The notes under the pieces are model-generated. The model worked only from the letters and a program-made list of their open reading frames with translations, ran no database searches and was not told the origin of the DNA. Shown here one piece after another: positions 44,592 to 53,741 of a stretch of 64,000 nt of DNA (the first letter of the stretch is position 1; every line of letters starts with the position of its first letter). Origin of the DNA: Clostridia bacterium. GTDB lineage: Bacteria; Bacillota; Clostridia; Oscillospirales; CAG-382. Position numbers and translations under genes: made by a program. The DNA lies in the NCBI GenBank assembly GCA_017447445.1, contig JAFSNK010000019.1, positions 10,079 through 74,078 of the forward strand, in the 5' to 3' direction.

Positions 44592-45976
44592 GCGGCTGCG
44601 TTGTGCCGGAAAGCGAGATCGCCCGGCAGTATTCGATAGCGGAATCGGTGCGCCCCATGGTCGCCGGAACAAAGGCGTGCATAATAACCTTCGGCTGTCA
44701 GCAGAACGAGGCGGACAGCGAGCGCATCGCCGGAGCCCTGCGGCTGTGCGGCTACGAAATGACCGAATCGCCCGACGAAGCGAAGCTGATTATAATAAAC
44801 ACCTGCGCCGTGCGCGAGCACGCGGAGATACGCGCGCTTTCGGAGGCGGGGCAGTTCAAGAACCGCAAGGAGCGCGAGCGCGATTTAAAAATCGGGCTAT
44901 GCGGCTGTATGGCTCAGCAGGCGCACCGGCGGGAGCAGATCTACAAAAGCTATCCCTACGTCGATTTCGTGTTCGGGACGGATATGCACCACCGCGTTCC
45001 GGAAATAATAAAAACGATGCTCGGCGCGAAAAAGCGGTTTTCGTTCATAAGCGAAAAGCCGCACGGCGAATTCGGAGTCGTAAGCGAGGGGATGCCCGTC
45101 CTGCGCGAAAGCGGCTACCGCGCCTGGGTAAGCGCGATGTACGGCTGCGACAACTTCTGCACCTACTGCGTCGTCCCGCACGCGCGGGGGCACGAGCGTT
45201 CCCGTGCGAAGGAAGACGTGCTTTACGAGGCGAAAAGTCTTGTCGAAAGCGGATATAAGGACATAACCCTGCTCGGGCAGAACGTGAATTCCTACAAAGG
45301 CGGCTGCAGCTTTGCCGAACTGCTTGACGCGGCGGCTTCATTCGGCGGGGAATACCGCGTGCGGTTCATGACGAGCCACCCGAAGGATGCTTCCTCCGAG
45401 CTGGTGGACGTCATCGCGCACAACCCCAACGTCGCGCACCATTTCCACCTCCCGGTGCAGTCAGGTGCGGACCGGGTATTAAAGCTGATGAACCGCCGCT
45501 ACACGCGCGCGCAGTATGTCGAAAAAGCGCGGGAAATAAAAGAAAAGATAAAAGACGTTTCGCTGACGACGGATATAATCTGCGGCTTCCCCGGCGAAAC
45601 GGACGCGGATTTCGAACAGACGCTCTCGCTCGTGCGCGAGATCGGTTTCGATATGATATTCACCTTTATCTATTCGCCGCGCCCCGGAACCGCCGCCGCG
45701 AAAATGGAAGGGCAGACCCCGCGCGCCGTATCCAACGCGCGCTTCGCCGCGCTTTCCGAAGCCGAAAACGCCATAGCGCAGAGCATAAACGACAAATACC
45801 TCGGCAAAACGCTGCGCGTGCTTTCCGACGGTATGAACAAAAACGGCGTTTACGCCGGGCGCAGCACTCAGAACAAGATAGTGACCTTCGATAAACCCGT
45901 CCCCGCGGGGGAATTCACCAACGTAAAAATAATTACCGCCGGCGGCTACGCGCTTTCCGGCGAAGTCACCGAATAA
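44588..45976 (+). CDS. miaB: tRNA (N6-isopentenyl-A37-C2)-methylthiotransferase
   Basis: ITFGCQQNEADSE (UPF0004 domain), the radical SAM motif GCDNFCTYCVVP, and a TRAM C-terminus. GTG start that overlaps the previous stop. Confidence 0.9.
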   Translation: MSGCVVPESEIARQYSIAESVRPMVAGTKACIITFGCQQNEADSERIAGALRLCGYEMTESPDEAKLIIINTCAVREHAEIRALSEAGQFKNRKERERDLKIGLCGCMAQQAHRREQIYKSYPYVDFVFGTDMHHRVPEIIKTMLGAKKRFSFISEKPHGEFGVVSEGMPVLRESGYRAWVSAMYGCDNFCTYCVVPHARGHERSRAKEDVLYEAKSLVESGYKDITLLGQNVNSYKGGCSFAELLDAAASFGGEYRVRFMTSHPKDASSELVDVIAHNPNVAHHFHLPVQSGADRVLKLMNRRYTRAQYVEKAREIKEKIKDVSLTTDIICGFPGETDADFEQTLSLVREIGFDMIFTFIYSPRPGTAAAKMEGQTPRAVSNARFAALSEAENAIAQSINDKYLGKTLRVLSDGMNKNGVYAGRSTQNKIVTFDKPVPAGEFTNVKIITAGGYALSGEVTE

Positions 45977-45992
45977 AAAGGAGTAAAAACAA

Positions 45993-46391
45993 ATGAGCGA
46001 AAGACTTACCAACGCGATAGCGGAGCTCGTGAACGCGCTTAAAGAAAGCGACGAGCTTAAAAACTACCTCGCCGCAAAGAAAAACTACGAATCGGACGCC
46101 GAGCTCACCACGCTTATAAACGAATACAACATACAGGCGTCGCTGCTGGAGACCGAGGGCAGGAAGCCCGAATCGGAAAAGGACGCGCAGCTTATCGAAA
46201 GCATTTCGCAACGCCTGCAAAGCGTTTATTCCGACCTGGAAAAGAACCCCCACCTTGCCGAGATGCGCAAGGCGGAGGAAGGGCTTTCCGAGGTGATAAA
46301 CGAGCTGAACGACGCCGTCCGCTTCACCATCGATCCGGATTCCGCGAACTGCACGCACGATTGCTCCGCCTGCGGCGGCCACTGCCATTGA
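45993..46391 (+). CDS. ricA: YmcA/YlbF-family protein (RicA-like) with a four-Cys C-terminus
   Basis: The helical YmcA-like body is LKNYLAAKKNYESDAELTTLINEYN. The position between miaB and mutS matches B. subtilis ymcA. The C-terminus reads NCTHDCSACGGHCH. Confidence 0.8.
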   Translation: MSERLTNAIAELVNALKESDELKNYLAAKKNYESDAELTTLINEYNIQASLLETEGRKPESEKDAQLIESISQRLQSVYSDLEKNPHLAEMRKAEEGLSEVINELNDAVRFTIDPDSANCTHDCSACGGHCH

Positions 46392-46451
46392 TCCAAAGCC
46401 GCAAACCGCCCGAAAACTCGGTTTTCGTGTGAAAAAAACCGGAGGTTATTT

Positions 46452-49019
46452 ATGCCTATTTCACCCTTGATGAAACAATACCTCGAAATAAAGCAGGAGC
46501 ATCCCGACTGCATACTGATGTGCCGTATAGGCGACTTTTACGAGATGTTCTACGAGGACGCCGAGACCGCCTCGCGCGAGCTTGATCTGGTGCTCACGGG
46601 GAAGGACTGCGGGCTGGAAAAGCGCGCGCCGATGTGCGGCGTGCCCTTCCACGCGGCGGAATCCTACATAGCAAAGCTCGTATCGCGCGGGTACCGCGTC
46701 GCCATCTGCGAGCAGATGGAGGATCCGGCGCTTGCCAAAGGGCTGGTAAAGCGCGAGGTGATAAGAATAATCACTCCCGGCACCGTTACGGAGGGCGGAT
46801 ATCTGGACGAGGGCAGGAACAACTACCTCGCCTCGCTGTGGATGTCCTCCGGCGCGGCGGGCATCGCGTTTGCCGACGTTTCCACGGGAGAGGTGCGCGC
46901 CACCGACGTTACCGGGGACGATATACTTCACCGTCTGCTTTCGGAATCGGCGGCGTTCGCCCCGAGCGAGCTCGTCTGCCCGGAGGGCACGGACGGGGAG
47001 GTTACCGCGGCGTTCACCGCGCGGTTCGGCACGCTTATTTCGCCGATGGCGAAGGAGGATTTTTCCAAATCCTCCGCTTTGGAAGCGTTAAAGCGCGTCT
47101 ACGGCGAAGCGCCTGCCGAGGGCAGCGATTTTTCGGTCTGCGCCGCGGGGGCGCTCATCGCGTATATCGAGCGCACGCAGAAGCGCGACCTTTCGTATCT
47201 GCAGCCGGTCGCATATTATACCTGCGACGAATTTATGGGCATCGACAGCGCCTCGCGCAGGAATCTGGAAATAACCGAATCGATGCGTACCAAGCAAAAA
47301 AAGGGAAGTCTGCTTTGGGCGGTAGACAGAACGCGCACCGGCGCGGGAGCGCGTCTGCTGCGCGCGCGGCTGGAAAAGCCGCTTGTGAACGAAACGGCGA
47401 TCCGCACCCGGCTCGACGGGGTGAAGGAGCTTTTTTCGGACGGAGTCATGCGCGAGGAGCTGCGCGAAGCGCTTAAAGGCGTTACCGACGTGGAGCGTAT
47501 CATGACGCGCCTCGTTTACGGCACCGCCAACGCGCGCGACCTTAACGCCATCGCGAAGACCGCCAAACTGCTTCCGGAAATAAAGGAGCTCGTCTCCGGC
47601 GCGAAAAGCGCCTGCTTAAAGCATATTTGCGCGAATATCGACGTGCTCGAGGACGTCTGCGACGCGATAACCAAGACCATCGACGACGAACCCTCGATGC
47701 TTTTGAAGGAGGGCGGGATGATCCGTCCGGGGTGCAACGCCGCCGTCGACGAACTGCGCGATATGGTGAAGAACGGCAAGCAGTGGATAGCGCGGATAGA
47801 GGAATACGAAAAAGAAAAGACCGGGATAAAAACGCTTAAGATCGGCTATAACCGCGTTTTCGGATATTACATAGAGGTGTCGAAAAGCTTTATCGACAAG
47901 GTCCCGCCGGAATACATCCGCCGCCAGACGCTCGCCAACGGCGAAAGGTACGTCACGCAGGAATTAAAGGATACCGAAAGCCGCGTACTCGGCGCGAGGG
48001 ACAGACTTTGCGCGCTGGAATACGAGCTGTTCTGCTCGCTTCGGGGGTTCGTGCTTAAAGCCGCCGACCGCATACATACCACCGCGGAGGCGCTTGCCGA
48101 GCTGGACGTCTGCTGTTCGAACGCCGCCGTTGCCGCCGAGCAGGGATATACCTGCCCGGAGATCGACCGGTCGGACGTTATAAAGATCAAAAACTGCCGC
48201 CACCCGGTGGTGGAGCGCTTTCTGGAGGGCGGGTATTTCGTGCCGAACGACTGCGACCTCGACTGCGGCGCGAACCGCATAATGCTTATAACCGGACCGA
48301 ATATGGCCGGCAAATCGACCTATATGCGCCAGATCGCGCTGTGCGTGATACTCGCGCAGGCGGGGTGCTTCGTCCCCGCGACGGAGGCGCGCATCGGCAT
48401 TGTGGACAGGGTGTTCACACGCGTCGGCGCGTCGGACGACCTTGCTTCCGGGAACTCCACCTTTATGCTGGAAATGACAGAGGTGGCGGACATACTTAAA
48501 AACGCCACGCGCAAAAGTCTGGTCATCTACGACGAGATAGGGCGCGGCACCTCCACCTACGACGGGATGTCCATTGCCCGCGCGGTGGTGGAATACACCT
48601 CTTCGAAGATCGGCGCGAAAACGCTGTTCGCGACGCATTATCACGAGCTTACCGAGCTGGAGGGCGAGACCGACGGCGTGGTGAACTACAACATCGCCGC
48701 CAAAAAGCGCGGGAACGACGTGGTCTTCCTGCGTAAGATCGTGCGCGGGTCGGCGGACGACAGCTACGGTATCGAAGTCGCCCACCTCGCGGGGGTGCCG
48801 GACGCGGTGGTGAAGCGCGCGAAGCAGATACTGCAGACGCTTTCGGAGCAGGGGCGTATCCCGCCCGCCGCTTCAAGGCGCGAACCGGAAAGCGACAATA
48901 TAAGCTTCGAAGCGCTTGGAGAACAGCGCGTTATCGAACGCATTAAAGGGCTGGATATAAACACGCTTACGCCCTACGAGGCGATAAGCGTCCTTTACGA
49001 GCTTAAAAAGGAGCTGTAA
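46452..49019 (+). CDS. mutS: DNA mismatch repair protein MutS
   Basis: SPLMKQYLEIKQEHPDCILMCRIGDFYEMF, Walker A GPNMAGKSTYMRQ, and YDEIGRGTSTYDG. Confidence 0.95.
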   Translation: MPISPLMKQYLEIKQEHPDCILMCRIGDFYEMFYEDAETASRELDLVLTGKDCGLEKRAPMCGVPFHAAESYIAKLVSRGYRVAICEQMEDPALAKGLVKREVIRIITPGTVTEGGYLDEGRNNYLASLWMSSGAAGIAFADVSTGEVRATDVTGDDILHRLLSESAAFAPSELVCPEGTDGEVTAAFTARFGTLISPMAKEDFSKSSALEALKRVYGEAPAEGSDFSVCAAGALIAYIERTQKRDLSYLQPVAYYTCDEFMGIDSASRRNLEITESMRTKQKKGSLLWAVDRTRTGAGARLLRARLEKPLVNETAIRTRLDGVKELFSDGVMREELREALKGVTDVERIMTRLVYGTANARDLNAIAKTAKLLPEIKELVSGAKSACLKHICANIDVLEDVCDAITKTIDDEPSMLLKEGGMIRPGCNAAVDELRDMVKNGKQWIARIEEYEKEKTGIKTLKIGYNRVFGYYIEVSKSFIDKVPPEYIRRQTLANGERYVTQELKDTESRVLGARDRLCALEYELFCSLRGFVLKAADRIHTTAEALAELDVCCSNAAVAAEQGYTCPEIDRSDVIKIKNCRHPVVERFLEGGYFVPNDCDLDCGANRIMLITGPNMAGKSTYMRQIALCVILAQAGCFVPATEARIGIVDRVFTRVGASDDLASGNSTFMLEMTEVADILKNATRKSLVIYDEIGRGTSTYDGMSIARAVVEYTSSKIGAKTLFATHYHELTELEGETDGVVNYNIAAKKRGNDVVFLRKIVRGSADDSYGIEVAHLAGVPDAVVKRAKQILQTLSEQGRIPPAASRREPESDNISFEALGEQRVIERIKGLDINTLTPYEAISVLYELKKEL

Positions 49020-49022
49020 AAA

Positions 49023-50894
49023 TTGGGCTTGATAAACATTCTTGACGAGCAGACCGCCAACCTTATCGCTGCGGGCGAGGTGGTGGAACGCCCCTCCTCG
49101 GCCGTTAAGGAGCTGCTGGAAAACTCCGTCGACGCCGGCGCGAAGAATATCACGCTGGAGATCAAAAACGGCGGGCGCGGGCTTATTCGCGTCACCGACG
49201 ACGGCTGCGGCTTCCTGCGGGAGGATATCCCGAAGGCGCTGCTTCGCCACGCGACAAGCAAGATCGCCTGCGGCGACGACATAAACGGGATACGCACTCT
49301 GGGCTTCCGCGGCGAGGCGCTCGCCGCCATAAGCTCCGTCGCCCGGACGGAAATAATCACCAAACACCGTTCGGAGCCCGCGGGCACCCGCCTTACCGCC
49401 GACGAAAACGGGATAGTTATGTGCGACACCGGATGCCCGGACGGCACCACCGTTATCCTGCGCGATATTTTCTACAACACCCCGGCGCGGCAGAAGTTTC
49501 TTAAACGCGACGCGACGGAGGGCGCAAGCTGTATCGCCGTCGCCGAAAAGCTGGCGCTTTCGCACCCGGATATCTCATTTACCGTCGCCGTCGACGGCGA
49601 GCGCAGGTTTGCCACCGCGGGGGACGGAAAGGTCTACGCGGCTATCTACGCCGTCTACGGCAGGGAATTCGCAAAATCGCTGGTCGAATGCGACTATACT
49701 TACGAGACGGTCACGGCGAAAGGGTTCGTAACCAAGCCGTACGGCGCGCGCGGCTCCCGCGCGATGCAGACCGTGTTCGTGAACGGTCGCTGCGTTAAAA
49801 GCCGCACCGTTCAGGCGGCGCTGGAGGAAGCGTTCAGGTCCTTCGTCCCGCGCGGGAAATATCCCGGTTGCGTGCTGTTCGTTACGCTTTCGCCGCGGCT
49901 CACCGACGTTAACGTCCACCCCGCGAAGACCGAAATAAAGTTCGCTTCCGAAGGCGACGTGTTCCGCGCCGTATATTACGCCGCGCGCAACGCGATCTCG
50001 CAGGACGAAAGCGGTTCCCCCTTCGCCGCGCAGCCGCGGCAAGCCGAAACGGCTCCCGCAGTAGAGCAAACCGAAGCAAAGACGGCGAAAACGCAGGCGG
50101 GACCGGATCCTTTCGCGGATATAACGGATATGATCGCCCCGCCGGGCGAAAGGGTTTTCCCGCGGGAGTATAAAACTTCCGCGCAGACCGCGGAGTTCCG
50201 CCCAGACATAGGCGAAGAGGACCTGCCGTTTTCGGGGCAGAGCGAATATATCCTGCGCGACAGCGCGCCGCGGACGGAAAAAGCCGAAAGCGCGCAAACG
50301 CCCGAGCAGACGGTCTTCGTGCCGGAGCCGCCCGCTTGGCGCTTCGTCGGGCAGATATACGATTCCTATCTGCTTGCCGAGACGCCGGAATACCTGCTTA
50401 TTATCGACAAGCACGCCGCGCACGAGCGCATACTTTACGAAAAGCTCGCAAAGCAAAAGGAGCTTCACGTGCAGGAGCTTCTTTCCGGCGTTCCGGTAAA
50501 CGTCGGACGGGAGCAGGCGGCGATCCTTATCGAAAACGCCGCGTTTCTGGAGGACAAGGGCTTCCGCGTGGAAGAATTCGGCGAGGATACCGTTATAGTC
50601 CGCAGCGTGCCCGCCACGCTTTCGAACGTAAAGGGGCTGCAGAGCATACTGGAGGATTTCGCCAAAGGAATCTCCGAAGGCAACGGGCTCGGGTTCGAGG
50701 AACGCTGCGACAGGGCGCTTTACACCGTCGCCTGCAAGGCGGCGCTTAAAGCGGGAATAAAAAATTCCCCGGCGGACGACGAAAACGTGGTGCGGATGCT
50801 CGCGGAGCAGCCCTCGCTGCGCTTCTGCCCGCACGGCAGGCCGTTTATAAAGCAGATACCCAAGCGCGAAATAGAAAAGTATTTTGACAGGTGA
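49023..50894 (+). CDS. mutL: DNA mismatch repair protein MutL
   Basis: IAAGEVVERPSSAVKELLENSVDAGA, GFRGEAL, and the C-terminal motif CPHGRP. TTG start. Confidence 0.95.
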   Translation: MGLINILDEQTANLIAAGEVVERPSSAVKELLENSVDAGAKNITLEIKNGGRGLIRVTDDGCGFLREDIPKALLRHATSKIACGDDINGIRTLGFRGEALAAISSVARTEIITKHRSEPAGTRLTADENGIVMCDTGCPDGTTVILRDIFYNTPARQKFLKRDATEGASCIAVAEKLALSHPDISFTVAVDGERRFATAGDGKVYAAIYAVYGREFAKSLVECDYTYETVTAKGFVTKPYGARGSRAMQTVFVNGRCVKSRTVQAALEEAFRSFVPRGKYPGCVLFVTLSPRLTDVNVHPAKTEIKFASEGDVFRAVYYAARNAISQDESGSPFAAQPRQAETAPAVEQTEAKTAKTQAGPDPFADITDMIAPPGERVFPREYKTSAQTAEFRPDIGEEDLPFSGQSEYILRDSAPRTEKAESAQTPEQTVFVPEPPAWRFVGQIYDSYLLAETPEYLLIIDKHAAHERILYEKLAKQKELHVQELLSGVPVNVGREQAAILIENAAFLEDKGFRVEEFGEDTVIVRSVPATLSNVKGLQSILEDFAKGISEGNGLGFEERCDRALYTVACKAALKAGIKNSPADDENVVRMLAEQPSLRFCPHGRPFIKQIPKREIEKYFDR

Positions 50895-50898
50895 TTTT

Positions 50899-52032
50899 AT
50901 GAGATTTACCGTTACCCATACCTGCGGCGCGGCGCGGCGCGGCGTGTTCCGCACCGTTCACGGCGATATACAGACTCCGGTCTTTATGAACGTCGGCACC
51001 AGCGCGGCGATAAAAGGCGGCGTTTCCACCGGCGACCTTAAACGGATCGGATGCCAGGTGGAGCTTTCGAATACATATCACCTGCACGTGCGCCCGGGCG
51101 AGGACGTGGTATACAAGCTCGGCGGCATACATAAATTCTTCAACTGGGACCGCCCGGTGCTCACCGACAGCGGCGGGTTCCAGGTATTCTCGCTCGCGGC
51201 GCTGCGGAATATCAAAGAAGAAGGCGTCGCATTCCAGTCGCATATGGACGGCGCGCCGATATTCATGAGCCCCGAAACGAGTATGCAGATACAGTCGAAG
51301 CTCGCCTCCACCATAGCGATGGCGTTCGACGAATGCCCCTCCTCCGTGGCGGAACACGCGTATATCGATAAATCCATCGAGCGCACCACCCGCTGGCTTT
51401 ACCGCTGCAAGGAGGAGATGGACCGGCTGAATTCGCTGCCGGAAACGATAAACCGCGAACAGCTTCTGTTCGGGATAGGGCAGGGCGGCGTTTACGACGA
51501 TCTGCGCATAAGGCACTTAAAAGAAATAACCCCGCTCGACCTGGACGGCTACGCGCTGGGAGGGCTCGCCGTGGGGGAAACGGCGGAGGAGATGTACCGC
51601 GTGATAGAGGTCTGCGAACCCTATCTGCCGCAGACGAAGCCGCGCTATTTAATGGGCGTCGGCACCCCGGTGAACATTCTGGAATGCGTCGACCGGGGCA
51701 TAGATTTCTTCGATTGCGTAATGCCCTCGCGAAATGCGCGCCACGGGAACCTTTTCACCTCGGAGGGGCTTCTTAACCTTAACAACAACAAATATCTGCT
51801 TGACGAAAAGCCCATAGACGAGCGTTGTGAATGCCCGGTGTGCAAAAGCTATACGCGCGCGTATATCCGCCACCTGTTCAAAGCGCGCGAGCTTCTGGCG
51901 ATGCGGCTTTGCGTACTGCACAATCTGTGGTTCTATAACAAGCTGATGGAAAACATACGCCGCGCCATCGAGGACGGAAGCTGGAAGCAGTTCAAGGAAG
52001 AACAGGTATATATGCTCGGCAAACGGGCGTGA
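50899..52032 (+). CDS. tgt: tRNA-guanine(34) transglycosylase
   Basis: TPVFMNVGT, LTDSGGFQVFSL, and the zinc site CECPVCKSYTRAYIRHL. Confidence 0.95.
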   Translation: MRFTVTHTCGAARRGVFRTVHGDIQTPVFMNVGTSAAIKGGVSTGDLKRIGCQVELSNTYHLHVRPGEDVVYKLGGIHKFFNWDRPVLTDSGGFQVFSLAALRNIKEEGVAFQSHMDGAPIFMSPETSMQIQSKLASTIAMAFDECPSSVAEHAYIDKSIERTTRWLYRCKEEMDRLNSLPETINREQLLFGIGQGGVYDDLRIRHLKEITPLDLDGYALGGLAVGETAEEMYRVIEVCEPYLPQTKPRYLMGVGTPVNILECVDRGIDFFDCVMPSRNARHGNLFTSEGLLNLNNNKYLLDEKPIDERCECPVCKSYTRAYIRHLFKARELLAMRLCVLHNLWFYNKLMENIRRAIEDGSWKQFKEEQVYMLGKRA

Positions 52033-53741
52033 ATAAGATCTTTCGGAAAGGGGGGAATACCGCGGTGGAAGTGATTAAAAAGCCGGATTTTGCGGCGACT
52101 GTAACGCTGTTTTCGCTTGTGCTGGCGGGCGCGTTCCACGAATATCTCGCCTGCGCGGCGGGCGCGGCGCTTGCCGTTTGGCTGTTTATCAAGACGCGGC
52201 GCGGCGGAAAAGCAAAACTCCCCGCCGGACTCACCGGGATATCCCTGCTGTGCGTCTGCGCGTTCTATTTCCTTTGCGCCATCTGGGCTGTCGACGGCGG
52301 AATGGCGCTGTTCGGCGGGTTCAAATTCCTGCCGGTGCTGCTTTTCGCGCTGGTGCTGGTGCGCCGCGGCGAATGCGAAAGTCTTATCGCGGCTTTGCCT
52401 TACGCTTCGGCGGCGATAACGCTGGTTTCCGCGATAGGGATGTATATCCCGTTCACGGCGCCGGTATTCGCGGTGAACGGCCGTCTGGGCGGCAGTTTTC
52501 AGTACCCGAACACCTTCGCGATGCTGCTGCTTTTGTCCGTGATCGTTTCGATGTCCCGCGCGAAGCACGGAGTTTTCGACCTTGCCGTTCTGGCGGTGCT
52601 GTTCGCCGGGCTGTTTTTAACCGGGAGCCGTGCGGTTTTCGTGCTCGCGCTCGTCTGCGTGGTGATAATGCTTTTCATCACCCGGGATAAAAAATTAAAG
52701 ATCGGCGTACCCGCGCTCGCCGCCGCGGCGGGGCTGGCGCTGCTCGTCTACGTGCTCGTCTCCGGCGACAAATCGGTCGTCGAAAGGATAACCTCCATTT
52801 CCTTCGGCGAAAGCACGTTCGTCGGGCGGCTGCTCTATTGGCGGGACGCGCTCCCCACGCTTGCAAAGCATCCGTTCGGCATCGGGTATATGGGCTATTA
52901 CTATATCCAGCAGACGATACAGACCGGGCTTTATTCGGTCCGCTACGCGCACAACGACCTGCTTCAGCTCGCGCTGGACGTCGGCTGGGCGCCCTGCCTG
53001 CTGTTCATCGCGGCGTTTATAAAACGCATTTTCTCCAAAAAAACCGAAGCGTATAAAAAAGTCGCGCTGAGCGCGGCTTTGCTGCACGCCGCGTTCGATT
53101 TCGACCTGCAGTTTATCGGATATTTCTTCGTTATACTGCTGTTCTTGGACCCCTGCGCGGAAAAAACGCGGGAGTTCGGCGGATCCCGAACGGCGCGCGC
53201 CGCCGCCGCGGCCGTCTGCGCGGCGCTGTTTCTTTATTTCGGCGTCGCTTCCGCGCTGGAACGCTTCGGCGCAAGCGCGGCGGCATTGAAAGCGTACCCC
53301 GGCAACACTCAGGCGAGGGTGGAGCTACTGGTGGCGGAAAAGGACCCGCGGCGTATGGACGAGATCGCGCGGGAGATAATCGAGCGCAACGAATACGTAT
53401 CCGCGGCGTACAGCGCAAGAGCGCGCTGCGCTTATTCGCAGGGCGACGTGGAAACGATGATAAAATACAAGCGCGCGGTGTTCGAATACGCGCCCTACGC
53501 CTATGAGGAATACGAGGAATACTGCCGGATGCTGATACACGCCAGGTCGCTTTACCTGCGCGCGGGCGACGAAAAGAGCGCGAAGTATTGTCTTAACGAG
53601 ATGAAATTTGCGCAAAACGCGCTTGCAAAGCTGGAGGAACGCACAAGCGGGCTCGGCAAACGGATAAAGGATCAGGTCCGCACGGTGCTGCCGGACGAGA
53701 TAACCGATTATATTAAACGCGCGGAGGCGGAAAATGGCTAA
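52029..53741 (+). CDS. O-antigen-ligase-family (Wzy_C) polytopic membrane protein with a C-terminal TPR-like domain
   Basis: More than 10 TM helices. GSRAVFVLAL and YAHNDLLQLALDVGW are Wzy_C-like. The soluble helical tail contains YSARARCAYSQGD...YEEYCRML. GTG start that overlaps the tgt stop. Confidence 0.75.
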   Translation: MNKIFRKGGNTAVEVIKKPDFAATVTLFSLVLAGAFHEYLACAAGAALAVWLFIKTRRGGKAKLPAGLTGISLLCVCAFYFLCAIWAVDGGMALFGGFKFLPVLLFALVLVRRGECESLIAALPYASAAITLVSAIGMYIPFTAPVFAVNGRLGGSFQYPNTFAMLLLLSVIVSMSRAKHGVFDLAVLAVLFAGLFLTGSRAVFVLALVCVVIMLFITRDKKLKIGVPALAAAAGLALLVYVLVSGDKSVVERITSISFGESTFVGRLLYWRDALPTLAKHPFGIGYMGYYYIQQTIQTGLYSVRYAHNDLLQLALDVGWAPCLLFIAAFIKRIFSKKTEAYKKVALSAALLHAAFDFDLQFIGYFFVILLFLDPCAEKTREFGGSRTARAAAAAVCAALFLYFGVASALERFGASAAALKAYPGNTQARVELLVAEKDPRRMDEIAREIIERNEYVSAAYSARARCAYSQGDVETMIKYKRAVFEYAPYAYEEYEEYCRMLIHARSLYLRAGDEKSAKYCLNEMKFAQNALAKLEERTSGLGKRIKDQVRTVLPDEITDYIKRAEAENG

